64,000 nt of DNA from the NCBI GenBank assembly GCA_963718375.1, contig CAVQZD010000004.1, positions 258,243 to 322,242 on the forward strand, in the 5' to 3' direction. The translations under genes and the position numbers were made by a program. Below the pieces are notes generated by a model. The model saw nothing but the letters and a program-made list of their open reading frames with translations. It was not told the DNA's origin and did not search any database. The DNA comes from an uncultured Actinomycetes bacterium (lineage in GTDB: Bacteria > Actinomycetota > Thermoleophilia > RBG-16-64-13). Positions 37,487 to 47,290 of the stretch are shown piece by piece; position 1 is the first letter of the stretch; each line of letters starts with the position of its first letter.

Positions 37487-38611
37487 ATGCCTAGCCGCAT
37501 AGGAATAGTGAAGGAGACCGCACCGGGCGAGAACCGGGTGGCCCTCGTCCCGAGCATCGTGGACAAGTATACGAAGCTCGGAGTCGAAGTGCTGATGGAG
37601 CGCGGAGCTGGCGTGGCCGCCTTCCGTCCAGATCAGGACTACGAAGAGAAGGGCGCCGTACTGGTCGACTCGGCCAAGGAGCTCTACGAGCAGTGCGACG
37701 TCATCCTGGGTGTCCAGCCTCCCAGCATTGAAGCGATCGGCCAAATGCGCGAGGGCAAAGTGGTGCTTGGCTACATGGATCCTTACGGCGGGCCAGAAGG
37801 CGTGCAGGAGATGCAGAAGAAGAAGATCACTTCCTTTTCAGTGGAGTTGATCCCGCGCATCACCCGGGCGCAGTCGATGGACGTGCTCACCAGCCAGGCG
37901 GCCGTCGCAGGCTACAAGGCCGTCCTGATAGCGGCCAACGAGCTGGCGGGCTTCCTGCCGATGCTCACCACCCCTGCCGGCACCATCAAACCCTCCAAGG
38001 TGCTCATCCTTGGCGCGGGAGTGGCAGGCCTGCAGGCCATCGCCACCGCCAGGCGTCTGGGCGCGGTGGTCGAGGCCTATGATGTCAGGCAGGCCACCCG
38101 CGAGCAGGTGCAATCGCTGGGTGCCAAGTTCGTCGCTCTCGAGCTTGATGATGCCGAGGCGGCAGGCGGCTACGCGCGGGCCTTGACCGAAGAAGAGAAG
38201 GTCAAGGAGCGCGAGATGCTGGCCGACCATGTCGCAGCCGCCGATATAGTGATTACGACCGCTGCCATCCCAGGCAAACCAGCGCCGAAGTTGATCTTCA
38301 AAGACATGGTCGACCGTATGAAGATCGGGTCGGTCATCGTGGACCTTGCCGCGGCAACCGGTGGCAACTGCGAGCTCACCAAGCCCGGTGAGACCTACGT
38401 CACCGACAACCTTGTGACCATCGCGGCGCCCTTCAATGTGCCCGCCCTGGTCGCAGCCGACGCGAGCGAGATGTACGCCCGCAACCTTCTCAATTTCCTG
38501 ACTCCCCACATCAAGGAAGGTGGCGAACTCGCGCTCGATTGGGAGGATGAGGTCCTCAGAGAGAGCGCTCTCACCCACGACGGTGAGCTCAGACAAGGAG
38601 GCACTAAGTGA
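37487..38611 (+). CDS. pntAA: NAD(P) transhydrogenase subunit alpha part 1
   Basis: 374 aa with AlaDH/PNT N-terminal and NAD-binding domains (GAGVAGLQAI). Confidence 0.85.
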   Translation: MPSRIGIVKETAPGENRVALVPSIVDKYTKLGVEVLMERGAGVAAFRPDQDYEEKGAVLVDSAKELYEQCDVILGVQPPSIEAIGQMREGKVVLGYMDPYGGPEGVQEMQKKKITSFSVELIPRITRAQSMDVLTSQAAVAGYKAVLIAANELAGFLPMLTTPAGTIKPSKVLILGAGVAGLQAIATARRLGAVVEAYDVRQATREQVQSLGAKFVALELDDAEAAGGYARALTEEEKVKEREMLADHVAAADIVITTAAIPGKPAPKLIFKDMVDRMKIGSVIVDLAAATGGNCELTKPGETYVTDNLVTIAAPFNVPALVAADASEMYARNLLNFLTPHIKEGGELALDWEDEVLRESALTHDGELRQGGTK

Positions 38612-38934
38612 GCGACGTGACACAGATAGTGGGCGTGGCGGCCATCTACATCTTCATGCTGGCTGCGTTCACGGGATACGAGGTCATCTCGAGAGTGCCT
38701 GTGATCCTGCACACGCCGCTCATGTCGGGCAGCAACTTCATTCACGGCATCGTCGTGGTGGGTGCCATGGTGGCTCTGGGATCAGCGACCACCACAGCGG
38801 AGAAGATCATCGGGTTCGTGGCCGTGTTCCTGGGGGCCATGAATGCTGTGGGCGGCTATGTGGTCACCGAACGGATGCTCGGCATGTTCAAGAGTGGCAG
38901 GGACGAGAAGACGACCAAGAAGCAGGCGTCATGA
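38608..38934 (+). CDS. pntAB: NAD(P) transhydrogenase subunit alpha part 2 (membrane)
   Basis: 108 aa with 3 TM helices; ATGA overlaps with both neighbours. Confidence 0.8.
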   Translation: MSDVTQIVGVAAIYIFMLAAFTGYEVISRVPVILHTPLMSGSNFIHGIVVVGAMVALGSATTTAEKIIGFVAVFLGAMNAVGGYVVTERMLGMFKSGRDEKTTKKQAS

Positions 38935-40298
38935 GAAACGCGCTGATCCAGGCCAGCTACATCATCGCAGCCCTCTTGTTCATAGTGGGTCTGCGTCGCA
39001 TGAGTTCTCCCAAGACCGCCCGCGGCGGAATCTGGTGGGCCGGCGGCGGCATGCTGCTGGCCACGATAGCCACCTTCTTCTGGCCGGGGCTCACCAACTA
39101 CGTACTCATCGCCATCGCCGTCGCGGTTGGAGGCGGGATATCGGTGGTCATGGGCACCAAGGTCAAGATGACCGGCATGCCCCAGATGATCGCCCTCTTC
39201 AACGGCATGGGTGGTGGTGCGGCAGCGGCTATCTCGGCCGTTGAGCTGATGAAGCCCGATACACCCGCCCGTGACATAGTCGTGCTGGCGGTGCTCGGCG
39301 GCATCATCGGCATGATCTCCTTCTCGGGCTCGCTCGTCGCATTCGCGAAGCTGCAGGAACTTCTCAAGAAGTCGGTCATCTTCCGCGGCCAGAACATCAT
39401 CAACATGCTGGTGCTGGCCGGTGCTCTCGTGGCCGGCGGCTTCGTGATCGCCGGATATGGAGGCGTCTGGGTCGCTCTGCTGTTCGGGCTCTCTTTCCTC
39501 TTCGGCATCATGATGACCCTCCCCATCGGAGGGGCCGACATGCCGGTGGTCATCTCCCTCTACAACGCCCTCACCGGTCTGGCTGTGGGCTTTGAGGGAT
39601 ACGTACTCGGCAACGCGGCGCTCATGGTCGCCGGCATGGTGGTCGGCTCAGCCGGTACGCTGCTCACTCAGCTCATGGCAAGAGCCATGAATCGTTCGCT
39701 GGCCAACGTACTGTTCTCCGGCTTCGGCGCCAAGGGCGGCCAAGAAACGGCGGAGGGTACAGGGGGCGTCATGAAGCCGATCGAGGTGGATGACGCTGCG
39801 GTCATGCTCGCCTACGCCGACAAGGTCGTCATCGTGCCCGGATACGGTATGGCGGTCGCACAAGCACAGCACAAGGTGTGGCAGCTCGCGCAGTCCCTCG
39901 AGCAGCGTGGAGTCGACGTTAAGTTCGCCATCCATCCTGTGGCCGGGCGCATGCCCGGACACATGAACGTACTGCTGGCGGAAGCCGGTGTACCCTACGA
40001 ACTCATCGTCGACATGGAGGACGTCAACGACGAATTCCCCTCTACGGACGTCTCCATCGTCATCGGCGCCAATGACGTGGTCAACCCCGCCGCACGCACC
40101 GATGCGTCCAGCCCCATCTATGGCATGCCCATCCTGGATGTGGACAAGTCCAAGAACGTGCTGGTGATCAAGCGCGGCCGCGGCACCGGTTTTGCCGGTA
40201 TCGAGAACGCCCTGTTCACAGGCGATAACACCCGCATGCTGTTCGGCGACGCACAGTCGGTGGCCAACGCACTGGGGGCAGCGGTCAAGAAGGAGTAG
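38931..40298 (+). CDS. pntB: NAD(P) transhydrogenase subunit beta
   Basis: Start MRNALIQASYII at 38931, overlapping the pntAB stop. TM domain plus C-terminal NADP(H)-binding domain. The track ORF's first 137 codons are out-of-frame overlap with pntAA/AB. Confidence 0.85.
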   Translation: MRNALIQASYIIAALLFIVGLRRMSSPKTARGGIWWAGGGMLLATIATFFWPGLTNYVLIAIAVAVGGGISVVMGTKVKMTGMPQMIALFNGMGGGAAAAISAVELMKPDTPARDIVVLAVLGGIIGMISFSGSLVAFAKLQELLKKSVIFRGQNIINMLVLAGALVAGGFVIAGYGGVWVALLFGLSFLFGIMMTLPIGGADMPVVISLYNALTGLAVGFEGYVLGNAALMVAGMVVGSAGTLLTQLMARAMNRSLANVLFSGFGAKGGQETAEGTGGVMKPIEVDDAAVMLAYADKVVIVPGYGMAVAQAQHKVWQLAQSLEQRGVDVKFAIHPVAGRMPGHMNVLLAEAGVPYELIVDMEDVNDEFPSTDVSIVIGANDVVNPAARTDASSPIYGMPILDVDKSKNVLVIKRGRGTGFAGIENALFTGDNTRMLFGDAQSVANALGAAVKKE

Positions 40299-40336
40299 GA
40301 CCTGTCGCACTCATGCGCAGACGGGCGAGCGGTCAC

Positions 40337-40367
40337 GCGGGGCCCCGGCGAACAGCCGGGGCCCCGC
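40337..40367. terminator. Bidirectional rho-independent terminator hairpin
   Basis: Perfect 13-bp GC-rich stem GCGGGGCCCCGGC-gaaca-GCCGGGGCCCCGC between convergent pntB and the deacetylase gene. Confidence 0.5.
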
Positions 40368-40406
40368 GCTCTCTATGCGAAGTCGAAACGACCGGACCTG
40401 GTCCCG

Positions 40407-41624
40407 CTAGTAGCCCAAGACCAGCGCAAACAACCTGCCCAGAAGATAGACTTGCGGCGGAGGCGCTTGGGTCAGTCGGCCTGCGACCTTCACTGCGTCG
40501 ATGTCCACGAGCCGTCCTGTGGACGCGGGGTCCTTCTTCCCCAGGCAGCGGACCAAAGCGAAGTGTGGCTTCTCCTCGAGATCACTCCGTGAAAACACGG
40601 TGGCTCGGTGCTGTTCGGTAGGGCTGTAGAGGTCCACTTCCTGCGAGACCCCCCCGTCTATGGTGACCTGCACCTTGCCACAGTCGGGGCCGGTGCGCGC
40701 GATCAGTTCCAGAGTGCTCCCCGTGAATGCCGCTAGGACCGCAGCCCCCGCAATATCGGTATGGGAGAGGCTGCCCCCGGACTCCAGGGCCGACACCGCA
40801 GTCTGCCACTCGCCCAGGTAGCCCAGCAGCGGACTAGTCTGCTGGTAGCGCGCCATCCGTTGCTCAGCCGAGAGGAGCCCTTCACCGAGTGTGACGAAGC
40901 CGTACCCCTTCGCCTTCAGTCTGCGTATCAGCTCAGGCAGGGCCTTGGGAGTCACATCGTTGTTGGTGTGCATCACGATGATCGCGCCGGGTCTCACGTC
41001 TTCCATGATGTAGGCGATCACCTGGGCCGCACTCCTGTGAGCGACGTTGTCGCCTCCTCTGGCGGTCCAGAGGACATGCACGTACCCCTCCTCCCCCAGC
41101 ACCGCGAGGACCTGACGATTCACCTCGCCCCAGGGTGCGCGGAACACCGGAGAGGGGTCACTCAGGCCCGCGGTGGCGAAGACATCCTCTGTCATTTGTA
41201 TCTGCGACACCAGCTCGTCGCCGCTCAGGGCCTCAACCTTCACGTGCTCGTAGGAGTGACTGCCGAGCTCATGACCTTCAGCAGCGATGCGACGCGCAAG
41301 TTCGGGGCTGCTCTCCACGCCCGCGCCTGTCGGGAAGAAGGTCGCTTTGACGCCGGCTCCTTGCAGCGTGTCAAGGATGCTCTCCAGAGAGGCGTCATCC
41401 CAAGCGTCGTCGAAGGTGAGTGCCACGACCTTCTCCTTGGTAGGAAGCCGATCGATCTCTGTACCCGGCTCCACGGGCCCGGCCGCGTGGGCGTGAGTGG
41501 CGCCGAGCAGCGTGCCGGAGACAAGCCAGGCGACGGTCACCACCACGGCGGCCATCACGAACCTCCTCAGACAGCACGTGGTCACGCCAAGGCTCCGATA
41601 CCGGCTAGCCCGCCACAGCGGCAT
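40407..41624 (-). CDS. Polysaccharide deacetylase (NodB-domain) family protein, secreted/membrane-anchored
   Basis: N-terminal TM/signal segment and NodB motif (TFDDAWDD...ATFFPTG). An N-terminal NodB-like region with LTFDDA is also present. Confidence 0.7.
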   Translation of the reverse strand: MPLWRASRYRSLGVTTCCLRRFVMAAVVVTVAWLVSGTLLGATHAHAAGPVEPGTEIDRLPTKEKVVALTFDDAWDDASLESILDTLQGAGVKATFFPTGAGVESSPELARRIAAEGHELGSHSYEHVKVEALSGDELVSQIQMTEDVFATAGLSDPSPVFRAPWGEVNRQVLAVLGEEGYVHVLWTARGGDNVAHRSAAQVIAYIMEDVRPGAIIVMHTNNDVTPKALPELIRRLKAKGYGFVTLGEGLLSAEQRMARYQQTSPLLGYLGEWQTAVSALESGGSLSHTDIAGAAVLAAFTGSTLELIARTGPDCGKVQVTIDGGVSQEVDLYSPTEQHRATVFSRSDLEEKPHFALVRCLGKKDPASTGRLVDIDAVKVAGRLTQAPPPQVYLLGRLFALVLGY

Positions 41625-44600
41625 AGGCGTTGCGGAACATCCTCAGCCAGGGGCTGTCGGTGCAGCCCCATCCTGGAGGCACCCACGGCCACTGACGCAG
41701 CTGATAGCAGCGCTCTGGGTGCGGCATGATAGCCAGATGGCGTCCGTCTGGGGAGCAGAGTGCTGCGATACCCCGCGGACTCCCGTTAGGATTGTAGGGA
41801 TAGCCGGTGGTGGTCTGCCCGTCCGGATCGACATACCGCACCGGTGCCAGATCGTTCTTCTCGATCCAGTCGAGCGTGGCCGCAGCGGGCACATGAAGCC
41901 GCCCCTCGCCGTGGGCCACGTAGACGCCCAGCACCGAGCCCTCCATGCCCTGCAGCATCAGCGCCGGGCTCTTGGCTATGGAGACCGTGGAGAACCGTGA
42001 CTCGAAGCGTTCGGACAGGTTCTTGACGAACCGAGGCTTGAGCGTATCGGGCAGGTCGAAGCCGGGGATGCCCAGCAGGCCCATCAGCTGACAGCCATTG
42101 CAGACCCCCAAAGAGAGGGTGTCGGGTCGCGCGAAGAACGCCGCGAACTGCGCCCGCAATCTCTCGTTGTTGCGTATCACCGAGGCCCAGCCCTTCGCTG
42201 AGTCGAGCACGTCGGCGAAGGCGAACCCGCCCGGAAACGCGAGTAGTTGGAAGGCGTCCAGTGCCGCATCGCCGACCATCAGGTCGGTCATGGTGACGTC
42301 CCAGGCCTCAAAACCGGCCGCCATGAAGGCCGCTGCCAACTCCCGGTCGCCATTGGTGCCCTCTTCGCGCAGCACCGCCGCCTTGGGCTTTGCGGCGCCT
42401 GCGCGCCGTGACCCGACCGAGGCCGTGCCCCGACGGCCCACGGGGGCGTCGGGGTCGAAGCTGAGTCGGTAGGGGCTCGTGCCCGCCGGCCGGCGATGGG
42501 AACGCCACTCCTGCTCGGCGCAGTCGGGGTTCTGCTGTAGACGCTCCAGCTGGTAGCTGGTCTCTTCCCAGACCGCGTGCAGAGCACGGACGCTGTCCTC
42601 GAGCACCACCTCGGCACCGAAGCGCAACTCGACGTCGGTGGGCTGAACCTCGCCTAGCTCCACTCCGGTGACGCCGTGACGCGACAGTATCGCCCAGGTC
42701 CGCGCCTCGTCGGCCACCTCGACCACCACGCCGGCTTCTTCGGCGAACAGCGAGCCGTAGAGACCGTCCGCGAGAGCCGCGCCGGGGGCGCCACCGCCCG
42801 CCGCGTCGAGACTCACTCGCCAGCCCTTGTCCCCCGCGAAAGCCATCTCCAGCAGGGCGACTATCAGCCCTCCGTCGCTGACATCGTGACACGCCAGGAT
42901 GGCTCGCTCGCGCACCAGGTCCTGTACCGCCTCAAACACCGCCCGAAGCGCGGCCGAGTCTTCGATGTCCGGCGCCTCGTCGCCCAGTTGACCGAGTACT
43001 TGAGCCAGGGCGCTTCCGCCAAGCCGAAGCCGATCGGTCACAGAGAGGAGCAGCAGCTTGCTGCCCGTCTGCTTGAGGTCGCTGGTCACCCTGAGCTCGA
43101 CATCGGGCATAAGAGCGTAGGGCGCCACGACCAGCTGCGGCGGGGCCTTGACTAGTTCGCTGGTGCCGTCCGCGGCCGTCCCCTGACTGGCCATAGAGAG
43201 GCTGTCCTTGCCGCCGTCGATAGCCACGCCCAGATCCATGAGCAGGTCGCGCAGCGCACAGGCCGCGTCGTACAGCCAGGCTCCCTCGCCGGGCTGCTTC
43301 ACGGCCAGCATCCAGTTTGCCGAACACTTGATGTCGCGGATGCCGGTGATGACCGCCCCCGCCATGTTGAGCAAGGCCTCGGCCACGGCCATGCGCACGC
43401 CGGCCTGCGGACTGATGAGGCCCTTGATGGGCTGCTCGCCCAAGCTGAGAGCGGTGCCCGACGGGTCGTCGTAAGTCTGCGCGATGACCGCGTAGTCGGA
43501 GAGCGGCAGGTGGCGCGGGCCGACAAGTTGGCGCTGGATGACCAATCCCGTGACATCCAGGTCCACCTTGTTGGTGAGAAAACGCTTCGAACCGATCGCC
43601 GGCAGGTGCAGCACCTGCTCCAGCACGCGGCGCAGCTCACCGGTGGGAGGCAACTGCAGCGGCATGAGGTCGGTCCGGCGCTCGCCGCGCGGGACACGGC
43701 GCTGGAACTCGTACTGCTTGGGCGGTAGCTGCCCCAGGATATCGTCCAGCGGAAGATCCACAGGCCGGCTGCCGTCGGCCTCGTCGTACACCACCAACAC
43801 CCCATCGCCGGTCACCCGGCCGACCACCGCCAGTGGGACGTTCTCCCGCCGTGCGATGCCCTCCAGCACATGAAGCTGTGCCGGCCGGATGAGCAGAGCG
43901 TTGCGCTCCTGCGATTCGTTGCCCCAGATCTCCAGAACAGAGAGTGTCCGGTCACCCACAGGGATCGCCCGCAGATCGATGACCGCTCCGGCAGGTTCGA
44001 CGATCTCGGGCAGAGCGTTGCAGTCGCCCCCGGCGCCTAGATCATGCGCGGAGACGATGGGGTTCGCCGCTCCTAGCTCCACGCAGGCCCGCATCAGCCG
44101 GTTGACCCGCTGCTCCATCTCGGGGTCACCACGCTGTACCGCGTTGAAGTCCAATTCCTGAACGTTGGTGCCTTGCTCCATGCTGCTGGCGGCACCACCG
44201 CCCATGCCGATGCGATAGGCCGGACCGCCCACCTGCACCACCAGCATGTCCTTCTCGGGCTTACCCTTGACCGTGTGCTCGCCCCGTATCTGTCCGGCCC
44301 CGACGCTGTACATGATGGGCTTGTACCAGGACCGATAGCCATCGGGCAGCCGCAGACCGTAGGTGCGGGTGAACCCGTAGATGAGGGGCTCGCCGAAGCA
44401 GTTGCCGTAGTCGGAGGCGCCGTTGCTGGCCTCTATGAGTATCTCCGCCGGCGACGCCAGGTCGGCAGGATGGGAGTAGCCGTCCTCTTCCCACGGCAGC
44501 TCGTAGCCTGGTAGATTCAGGTTGCCCACGCAGTAGGCGGCGCCTGACGCGCACACGAGCCCGCCGCGACCGACCGCTTGGTTGTCGCGGATGCGCCCAC

Positions 44601-45582
44601 CGCCGCCGGTGGCGGCGCCGGGATACGGGGCCACGCCCGAGGGGAAGTTGTGGGTCTCTGCTGTCAAGGTGGGATGCAGTAGCGCAGGCTTCTGTTGCAG
44701 CGGCGAGGCGCCGTCGGGGCGCGCGGCAGTGAACAGCTGCACCTCGGTCCCTTCGATGGCCGAACTGTCGTCGCGGAACGCGATCACCGAGTTGGGCCCT
44801 GAGACCGCGAGCGGTTGTCTCACGACGTCCATGAGATGCTTCTCGGGCACGCGCTCACCGTCCACCCACAGCTCGCCCCTGAACACCCAATGACGAGAGT
44901 GCTCCGAGTTCGCCTGCGCTATCTGGAACAGCTCCACGTCGGTGGGATCCCGGTCGAGGCGCTTGAAGATGTCCGCGATGATCTCCAGGTCGCTGGAGTC
45001 CCAGCTGCAGCCATAGTCGCGGTCGAACTCCTGCAGGGCGGTGACACCCTTCTGCAGGAACGGGATCACCCGGACCGGCTCCACCGATAAGCCCGAGTCG
45101 AACGACACCAACGGCTCCCGGTAGCGCATCTGTGTCATGCGGTCGTGCAGGGGCGCCAGGATCTGCTCCGCCTGCTCGTCGGTCAGCTCCACGCTTAGCC
45201 CCAGACGCACCGAGCGCTCCAGGCGCCGCACCCGGTGCGCGCCCGAACGATGGCAGATCTCCACGGCGTTGGACGACCAGGCGGTCTCGAAGTTCAGACG
45301 CGGTCCGTACTCCAAGATGGTGGGGTAGGTATCCTCCAGGAAGCTCTCCTGTCCGAACTGCTCGGGTTCGAATGTCTCGGAGAGAGCGTACTCAAGGACG
45401 GAGAGTTCCTGTTCGGCCAGGTCCTCCTCAGACTCGACGTAGAAGCAGAACTCGCTGCTTACCCGTTCGACGGGTCGCCCGACCACCTGCTCGACGTTCT
45501 GAGCGAACGCATGGAGCCGGGTCGGAGTCATGCCGGGTGTCCTGAAGAAGCGCAGCATCCTGTTCTTCTGCAACCATATCAA
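41605..45582 (-). CDS. purL: Phosphoribosylformylglycinamidine synthase, single-chain large form
   Basis: 1325 aa with N-terminal, linker, FGAM synthetase (AIRS-like x2) and C-terminal glutaminase domain (GVCNGCQ) in one polypeptide. Confidence 0.9.
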   Translation of the reverse strand: MIWLQKNRMLRFFRTPGMTPTRLHAFAQNVEQVVGRPVERVSSEFCFYVESEEDLAEQELSVLEYALSETFEPEQFGQESFLEDTYPTILEYGPRLNFETAWSSNAVEICHRSGAHRVRRLERSVRLGLSVELTDEQAEQILAPLHDRMTQMRYREPLVSFDSGLSVEPVRVIPFLQKGVTALQEFDRDYGCSWDSSDLEIIADIFKRLDRDPTDVELFQIAQANSEHSRHWVFRGELWVDGERVPEKHLMDVVRQPLAVSGPNSVIAFRDDSSAIEGTEVQLFTAARPDGASPLQQKPALLHPTLTAETHNFPSGVAPYPGAATGGGGRIRDNQAVGRGGLVCASGAAYCVGNLNLPGYELPWEEDGYSHPADLASPAEILIEASNGASDYGNCFGEPLIYGFTRTYGLRLPDGYRSWYKPIMYSVGAGQIRGEHTVKGKPEKDMLVVQVGGPAYRIGMGGGAASSMEQGTNVQELDFNAVQRGDPEMEQRVNRLMRACVELGAANPIVSAHDLGAGGDCNALPEIVEPAGAVIDLRAIPVGDRTLSVLEIWGNESQERNALLIRPAQLHVLEGIARRENVPLAVVGRVTGDGVLVVYDEADGSRPVDLPLDDILGQLPPKQYEFQRRVPRGERRTDLMPLQLPPTGELRRVLEQVLHLPAIGSKRFLTNKVDLDVTGLVIQRQLVGPRHLPLSDYAVIAQTYDDPSGTALSLGEQPIKGLISPQAGVRMAVAEALLNMAGAVITGIRDIKCSANWMLAVKQPGEGAWLYDAACALRDLLMDLGVAIDGGKDSLSMASQGTAADGTSELVKAPPQLVVAPYALMPDVELRVTSDLKQTGSKLLLLSVTDRLRLGGSALAQVLGQLGDEAPDIEDSAALRAVFEAVQDLVRERAILACHDVSDGGLIVALLEMAFAGDKGWRVSLDAAGGGAPGAALADGLYGSLFAEEAGVVVEVADEARTWAILSRHGVTGVELGEVQPTDVELRFGAEVVLEDSVRALHAVWEETSYQLERLQQNPDCAEQEWRSHRRPAGTSPYRLSFDPDAPVGRRGTASVGSRRAGAAKPKAAVLREEGTNGDRELAAAFMAAGFEAWDVTMTDLMVGDAALDAFQLLAFPGGFAFADVLDSAKGWASVIRNNERLRAQFAAFFARPDTLSLGVCNGCQLMGLLGIPGFDLPDTLKPRFVKNLSERFESRFSTVSIAKSPALMLQGMEGSVLGVYVAHGEGRLHVPAAATLDWIEKNDLAPVRYVDPDGQTTTGYPYNPNGSPRGIAALCSPDGRHLAIMPHPERCYQLRQWPWVPPGWGCTDSPWLRMFRNAYAAVAG

Positions 45583-45583
45583 A

Positions 45584-45657
45584 TGGGCCGTGTAGGATTC
45601 GAACCTACGACCATCGGATTAAAAGTCCGGTGCTCTACCAACTGAGCTAACGGCCCC
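45584..45657 (-). tRNA. tRNA-Lys (TTT)
   Basis: Reverse complement GGGCCGTTAGCTCAGTTGGTAGAGCACCGGACTTTTAATCCGG...GGTTCGAATCC; anticodon TTT. Immediately upstream of purL. Confidence 0.8.
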
Positions 45658-45835
45658 CGTAAGCCGTCAGATTCTAGCCTCGGCCCCTCCCCACGTCAAC
45701 GCGCCGAAGCGCCCGATTCGACGTAGCGGCGCTCACTGACCGCGCTCTCGGGCCGTCATCTCTTCACACAACCCTCACATTCTGCTGACGGCCACCTTAC
45801 GCCTCCCTGGCTACCATGGGGGCGGTCCGTCAGAG

Positions 45836-46741
45836 GTGCGTACGAAGGAAACGATCTGCATGAAGATGCTAGAGAACAAGAGAAGGCGCTGGGTCATCGC
45901 CGGGTTGGCCGTCCTCTTCTCCCTGGGGGTCGCATTCACAGTCCCCTCCACCGCGCTGGCTTGGGAAGACTGTCCTTACGGCGAAGTGGACTGCGCATAT
46001 CCGGGGGACTGCACACGGTACGTGGACACGAACAATGACGGCATCTGCGACCTCTCGCAGCCCGAACCCACCGACTCGAGCACCAGCGCCGGCGCCGTCT
46101 TGCCCACCGATCAGTCCGCCACGCCGACCGATCAGTCCGCCACACCGACTGATGAAGGCACGACGTCCGGAGGCGGCGGCCGACACCGGGGGGCGACGGC
46201 CGCCCTGACTGAATCGCCGGACGCTCCCACCACACCGCCATCTGCGGCCGCCACCACGGCGACCCCATCAAACACAGACTCCGGAGGTAATCCCTTGCTA
46301 ACCCACTACTACGTCAGCCCCATCGCCATAGGCTTCTTCTTGATCTACGCGATCAGCTTCTTCTTGTACAAGACGAAGCGCATCAAGATCGCGACCCACC
46401 GCAAGATCTGGAACGTCATGCTGCTGGCTACCTTCTTGATCACGGGCATCTTCGGGCTTCTGCTGACGATACAGCTGGACTACGCGCTGCCGTTCCAGAT
46501 GCCCGTCGATATCCTGTTCTGGCATGTTGAGGCCGGCATCGTGATGAGTCTCATCTCGATATTCCACATCGCCTGGCACTCCAAGTACTACGCGAAGCTC
46601 CTGCGCACCAGCCGCAGTAGGGCCCGCGCCGCCGAGTCGCTGGAAGCGTATCCGGCACAGCGCGGCTTCGCGCCCGGCCAGGTGCCACCCATACCCGAAC
46701 GCGTGCACGCGTTCGAACGTCACTGGGAGCCCCGGCCCTAG
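45836..46741 (+). CDS. Membrane protein with extracytoplasmic Cys-rich Ca-loop-like domain and Thr/Pro-rich linker
   Basis: Signal/TM at N-terminus; [30 protein letters not shown] (4 Cys plus a DxNxDGxxD dockerin/EF-hand-like loop); [13 protein letters not shown] repeats; 3-4 C-terminal TM helices with His residues. Confidence 0.5.
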   Translation: MRTKETICMKMLENKRRRWVIAGLAVLFSLGVAFTVPSTALAWEDCPYGEVDCAYPGDCTRYVDTNNDGICDLSQPEPTDSSTSAGAVLPTDQSATPTDQSATPTDEGTTSGGGGRHRGATAALTESPDAPTTPPSAAATTATPSNTDSGGNPLLTHYYVSPIAIGFFLIYAISFFLYKTKRIKIATHRKIWNVMLLATFLITGIFGLLLTIQLDYALPFQMPVDILFWHVEAGIVMSLISIFHIAWHSKYYAKLLRTSRSRARAAESLEAYPAQRGFAPGQVPPIPERVHAFERHWEPRP

Positions 46742-46818
46742 CGACCACCAGTGACGTCCACCCCCGCACCCGGGCCCCAGGGCGAACAGCCCGTGGGGCC
46801 CGTTCCTTCGCGGTGCGA

Positions 46819-47290
46819 CGCAGCCGGTGAGAGACCCTCCATGCTGGAAGGGACCCGAGGGGGCGTTTGGCTCTCTACCGAACGGTTCTGCGCAGCCAGT
46901 GAGAGACCCTCCATGCTGGAAGGACCCCGAGGGGGCGTTTGGCTCTCTACCGAACGGTTCTGCGCAGCCAGTGAGAGACCCTCCATGCTGGAAGGACCCC
47001 GAGGGGGCGTGTGGCTCTCTACCGAACGGTTCTGCGCAGCCAACGCAGCCAATAGTGAGAGGAGAGCCATACGCCCCCTCGGGAAACTCAGTGTGACGCA
47101 GCCAATAGTGAGAGGAGAGCCGTACGCTCCCTCGGGAAGTCGCCAGCCAACGCAGCCAGAGGCGCCGAAGCCCCACCCCATCACTGGTGGGACCCGAGGG
47201 GGCGTTTGGCTCTCCACCGAACGGTTCTGCGCAGCCAACGCAGCCAATAGTGAGAGGAGAGCCAAACGCCCCCTCGGGAAACTCAGTGCC
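46819..47290. repeat. 72-bp tandem direct repeat (x3) followed by inverted/partial copies forming long perfect hairpins
   Basis: Units start at 46819, 46891 and 46963 with exactly 72-bp period (cgcagccagtgagagaccctccatgctggaaggaccccgagggggcgtttggctctctaccgaacggttctg). 47035-47290 contains inverted copies of the core (gagagccaaacgccccctcggg) including a 23-bp perfect stem (47193-47215 / 47256-47278) just 3' of the purH stop. Confidence 0.7.

Noticed and set aside
36635-37744. 369-aa version of the methyltransferase ORF
   Set aside because: The N-terminal 120 codons overlap the well-supported pntAA gene on the opposite strand. The start was trimmed to 37384.
38520-40298. 592-aa ORF suggesting a much longer PntB
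   Set aside because: Its first 137 codons are an out-of-frame read-through of pntAA/pntAB with His/Arg/Gly-rich nonsense composition. The real pntB start is the ATG at 38931 overlapping the pntAB stop.
46819-47290. Repeat array considered as a CRISPR locus
   Set aside because: The intervening 'spacers' are identical between units (true tandem repeats with 72-bp period). The later units are inverted copies of the same sequence. There are no cas genes or leader nearby.
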